Shown here: positions 61,611 through 64,000 of the stretch, piece by piece
How the letters are laid out: each line of letters opens with the position of its first letter
Position numbering within the stretch: position 1 is the first letter of the stretch
DNA from: a bacterium
GTDB taxonomy: Bacteria > Zhuqueibacterota > Zhuqueibacteria > Residuimicrobiales > Krinioviventaceae
NCBI GenBank assembly: GCA_963675755.2
Contig: CAXXMD010000003.1
Span: 1,824,001-1,888,000 of the forward strand
Length of the DNA stretch: 64,000 nt
Direction: 5' to 3'
The notes under the pieces: model-generated
What the model saw: the letters and a program-made list of their open reading frames with translations, nothing else
The model's database searches: none
Told to the model about the DNA's origin: nothing
Translations under genes and position numbers: made by a program

Positions 61611-62504
61611 ATGAAAAAGTTGATTATAATCATTATATCGAGCTTGACAATGTCTGTATTCGGACAGGTACCCTATTTTGATAAAGATCGTTCTTTTGAT
61701 ATGCTGGTAAAACAATGCGATTTTGGTCCCAGGGTACCGGGAACACCGGAACATAAGCAATGTCTTGATTTTCTTACTACGACTATGGAACAATACGCTG
61801 ACCAGGTTATTACCCAGCCCTTTATGTTCTCTTTTGGCGTCCCCGCTAAAACTGTAACCGCTTACAATGTATATGCAAAATTTCAACCGCAAAAGGCCAA
61901 CCGTATTTTACTTTGCGCGCATTGGGATTCCCGTCCCTGGGCAGACCAGGACCCGGATAAAAAGAACCATAATAAACCGGTTATTGGGGCCAATGATGGT
62001 GCGTCAGGCGTTGCGGTTTTATTAGAGATTGCCAGGCTGCTGCACGAGCAGCCCCCGGCTGTAGGTGTTGATATCGTCTTTTTTGACGCCGAAGATGCCG
62101 GTCAGTATAATGATGAAAGCAGTTGGGCGGTAGGTTCTCAAAAATTTGTTCAGGAATTCAGTAACGAATTGTATCCAAGGTATGGCATATTACTCGACCT
62201 GGTTGGCGATGCAGACCTGCAGGTTTACCAGGAAGCCTATTCTGCACAGGTTGCAGGTGCGATTGTAAACCATGTATGGCAAATGGCCTCTAATTTGGGT
62301 TTGAGCAATTTTATACCCAGTGTGAAATTTTCAGTAAACGATGATCATATCGCATTTCTTAGAGCAGGTATACCCTGCATTGATATTATAGATTTTGAAT
62401 ATCCCTATTGGCATACCATTAGTGACACCCCGGACAAATGCAGTCCCGAAAGTTTGGGCAGTATGGGACTGTTGTTAACACACCTCATTTATTCAGAAAA
62501 ATAA
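61611..62504 (+). CDS. M28 family peptidase / glutaminyl-peptide cyclotransferase-like
   Basis: FGPRVPGT, AHWDSRPWAD, GANDGASGV, FFDAED, DDH, WHT. Confidence 0.85.
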   Translation: MKKLIIIIISSLTMSVFGQVPYFDKDRSFDMLVKQCDFGPRVPGTPEHKQCLDFLTTTMEQYADQVITQPFMFSFGVPAKTVTAYNVYAKFQPQKANRILLCAHWDSRPWADQDPDKKNHNKPVIGANDGASGVAVLLEIARLLHEQPPAVGVDIVFFDAEDAGQYNDESSWAVGSQKFVQEFSNELYPRYGILLDLVGDADLQVYQEAYSAQVAGAIVNHVWQMASNLGLSNFIPSVKFSVNDDHIAFLRAGIPCIDIIDFEYPYWHTISDTPDKCSPESLGSMGLLLTHLIYSEK

Positions 62505-62576
62505 GTTCATTTTTTCCTTTAAAGTTTTTAAATTAGACTTTATATATAGTAACCTTGAAGGGAAAAGTACGTATAA

Positions 62577-63441
62577 ATGACTCAAAAAACAGATTGGTTT
62601 GAACTGGTTGTCCCGGTGAATGCAGAAATTTCTGATGCTGTCAGCAATTTTCTGTTCGAACAGGGGGCAGCCGGTATTGAAGATAAAGAGCAAAATATTA
62701 AAGCATATTTTTCTGATGCTGTTGATAAAGAATTTTTGCTCACAGAATATAAAAGCATATTATCAATCCCTGGCTGATATGGGATTTACGGTCCCTGATC
62801 AGGAGCTGACCGTATCTGGCATTAAAGACCGTGATTGGAACGCTGAATGGAAGTTGCAATTCAAGCCATTTTGTGTAACGCCACAGGTGATGATTAAGCC
62901 AACATGGTGTGAATTACCGGAAGAACACCCAGAAATAATAATAGAACTTGATCCAGAGATGGCATTTGGCACCGGCACCCATGCTACAACAGCGCTTTGC
63001 GCGAAATTGATTGATGAGCATGTTAAAGATAAAACGGTTCTGGATGCAGGTACAGGCACGGGTATACTTGCTATTATTGCACAGCGGCTGGGCGCAGAAA
63101 AGAGTTTTGCATTTGATATTGATCCCATTGCTTCTGAAACGGCAAGAAAGAATATCGACAAAAACGGTGTTAGTGATATTCATGTGTTTACAGGGACCAC
63201 GCAATCCCTGAAAAATAGAGAACTGGATGTTATTGTAGCAAATATAAACAGCGGTCAAATTTTGAACATTTTACCGCATTTTAATGAATTATTATGTGAA
63301 AAAGGTGTTTTAATTTTATCCGGTATTCTGGACAGTGAAGAAGAAAAGTTGAGAGCAGCTTTAAAACAAAACTGTTTTCAAATTAAACAATTACTGCACA
63401 GAGAAGAGTGGATAGCCTTTGAATGTGTTAAAATCCCGTAA
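62577..63441 (+). CDS. prmA: 50S ribosomal protein L11 methyltransferase, frameshifted near 62750
   Basis: N-terminal part (W.EL.V...LFEQGAAGIE) and C-terminal part (DPEMAFGTGTHATT, DAGTGTGIL, VANI, LSGIL) lie in different frames. Confidence 0.88.
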
Positions 63442-63448
63442 TGGACTA

Positions 63449-64000
63449 ATGAGAAAAATTTATCTAATATTCGGACTGGTATTGATTTTGGGCATTGCTG
63501 TTCAGGCAGCAGACCGAAAAATAACATTGGATAGTTTGAATGTTAATAATGATCAATTGTACATCAGTTATCATATTGATGGATTATTGGACGCAAAAAC
63601 CATTCAGGGTCTTGAAAGGGGGTTAACATCCGAAGTCATTCACAAGATCAGGTTGTGGAAAAGTAAAAAGCTGTTTAGCTCAATTAGTACTGAAAAAGTA
63701 TTAACAGTTAAAATTTTATACGACAATTGGGAAGATAAATTCAGAATTGTGACTGATGATGAAAATCGATTAACATCGCAGGTGCAAACTGTCAGGGATA
63801 TGAGTTCTTTGATCAGGAATTATATGATTATACCGGTTGAAGAGCTGGAGTCTGATACAAAATATTATATCAGCATCCAAACCACATTGAAACCCGTTTC
63901 GGCTGAAACTTATCATGAATTGAGCGAGTGGCTCTCTGGCCCCTCAAGGATAGATGACAAAGAAAAGCCAAAAAAAAGCGGGCAAAATCGTATTTTTGAT
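63449..64000 (+). CDS. DUF4390-like exported protein (3' truncated by window edge)
   Basis: Manual translation MRKIYLIFGLVLILGIAVQA...GLERGLT...ILYDNW; signal peptide; frame runs toward the window end. Confidence 0.6.
   Translation, partial: MRKIYLIFGLVLILGIAVQAADRKITLDSLNVNNDQLYISYHIDGLLDAKTIQGLERGLTSEVIHKIRLWKSKKLFSSISTEKVLTVKILYDNWEDKFRIVTDDENRLTSQVQTVRDMSSLIRNYMIIPVEELESDTKYYISIQTTLKPVSAETYHELSEWLSGPSRIDDKEKPKKSGQNRIFD

Overview
Gene-dense 64 kb bacterial chromosome segment, probably from an FCB-group heterotroph. KSB1/Calditrichota-like is my inference from the T9SS SprA, NYPNPFN C-terminal sorting domains, scattered CAZymes/sulfatase without SusCD, and a PduS/PduT pair. The backbone is housekeeping and envelope genes: serB-serA fusion, lptFG, tonB-exbBD, sprA, prmA, carbonic anhydrase. 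Two AT-rich defence-like islands interrupt it. The first (10.1-13.3 kb) has two putative Abi membrane proteins, a small membrane protein, a PD-(D/E)XK nuclease and a GIY-YIG nuclease. The second (33.3-35.3 kb) has a NYN RNase with a structured leader plus a DUF4062 protein. Three non-coding regions (7.57-8.34, 9.54-10.09, 25.76-27.06 kb) are built from the same palindromic and trimer modules, which are shuffled, nested and tandemly amplified. Other unusual items: a kinase-fold lipoprotein paired with an Omp85 barrel, a TonB-type membrane anchor fused to a BlaI-like winged helix, and an orphan curlin-like gene. sprA and prmA each carry one frameshift, probably sequencing indels. I saw no rRNA, tRNA, CRISPR, integrase or transposase gene. 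All protein calls come from motifs recognised by eye; no database search was run.
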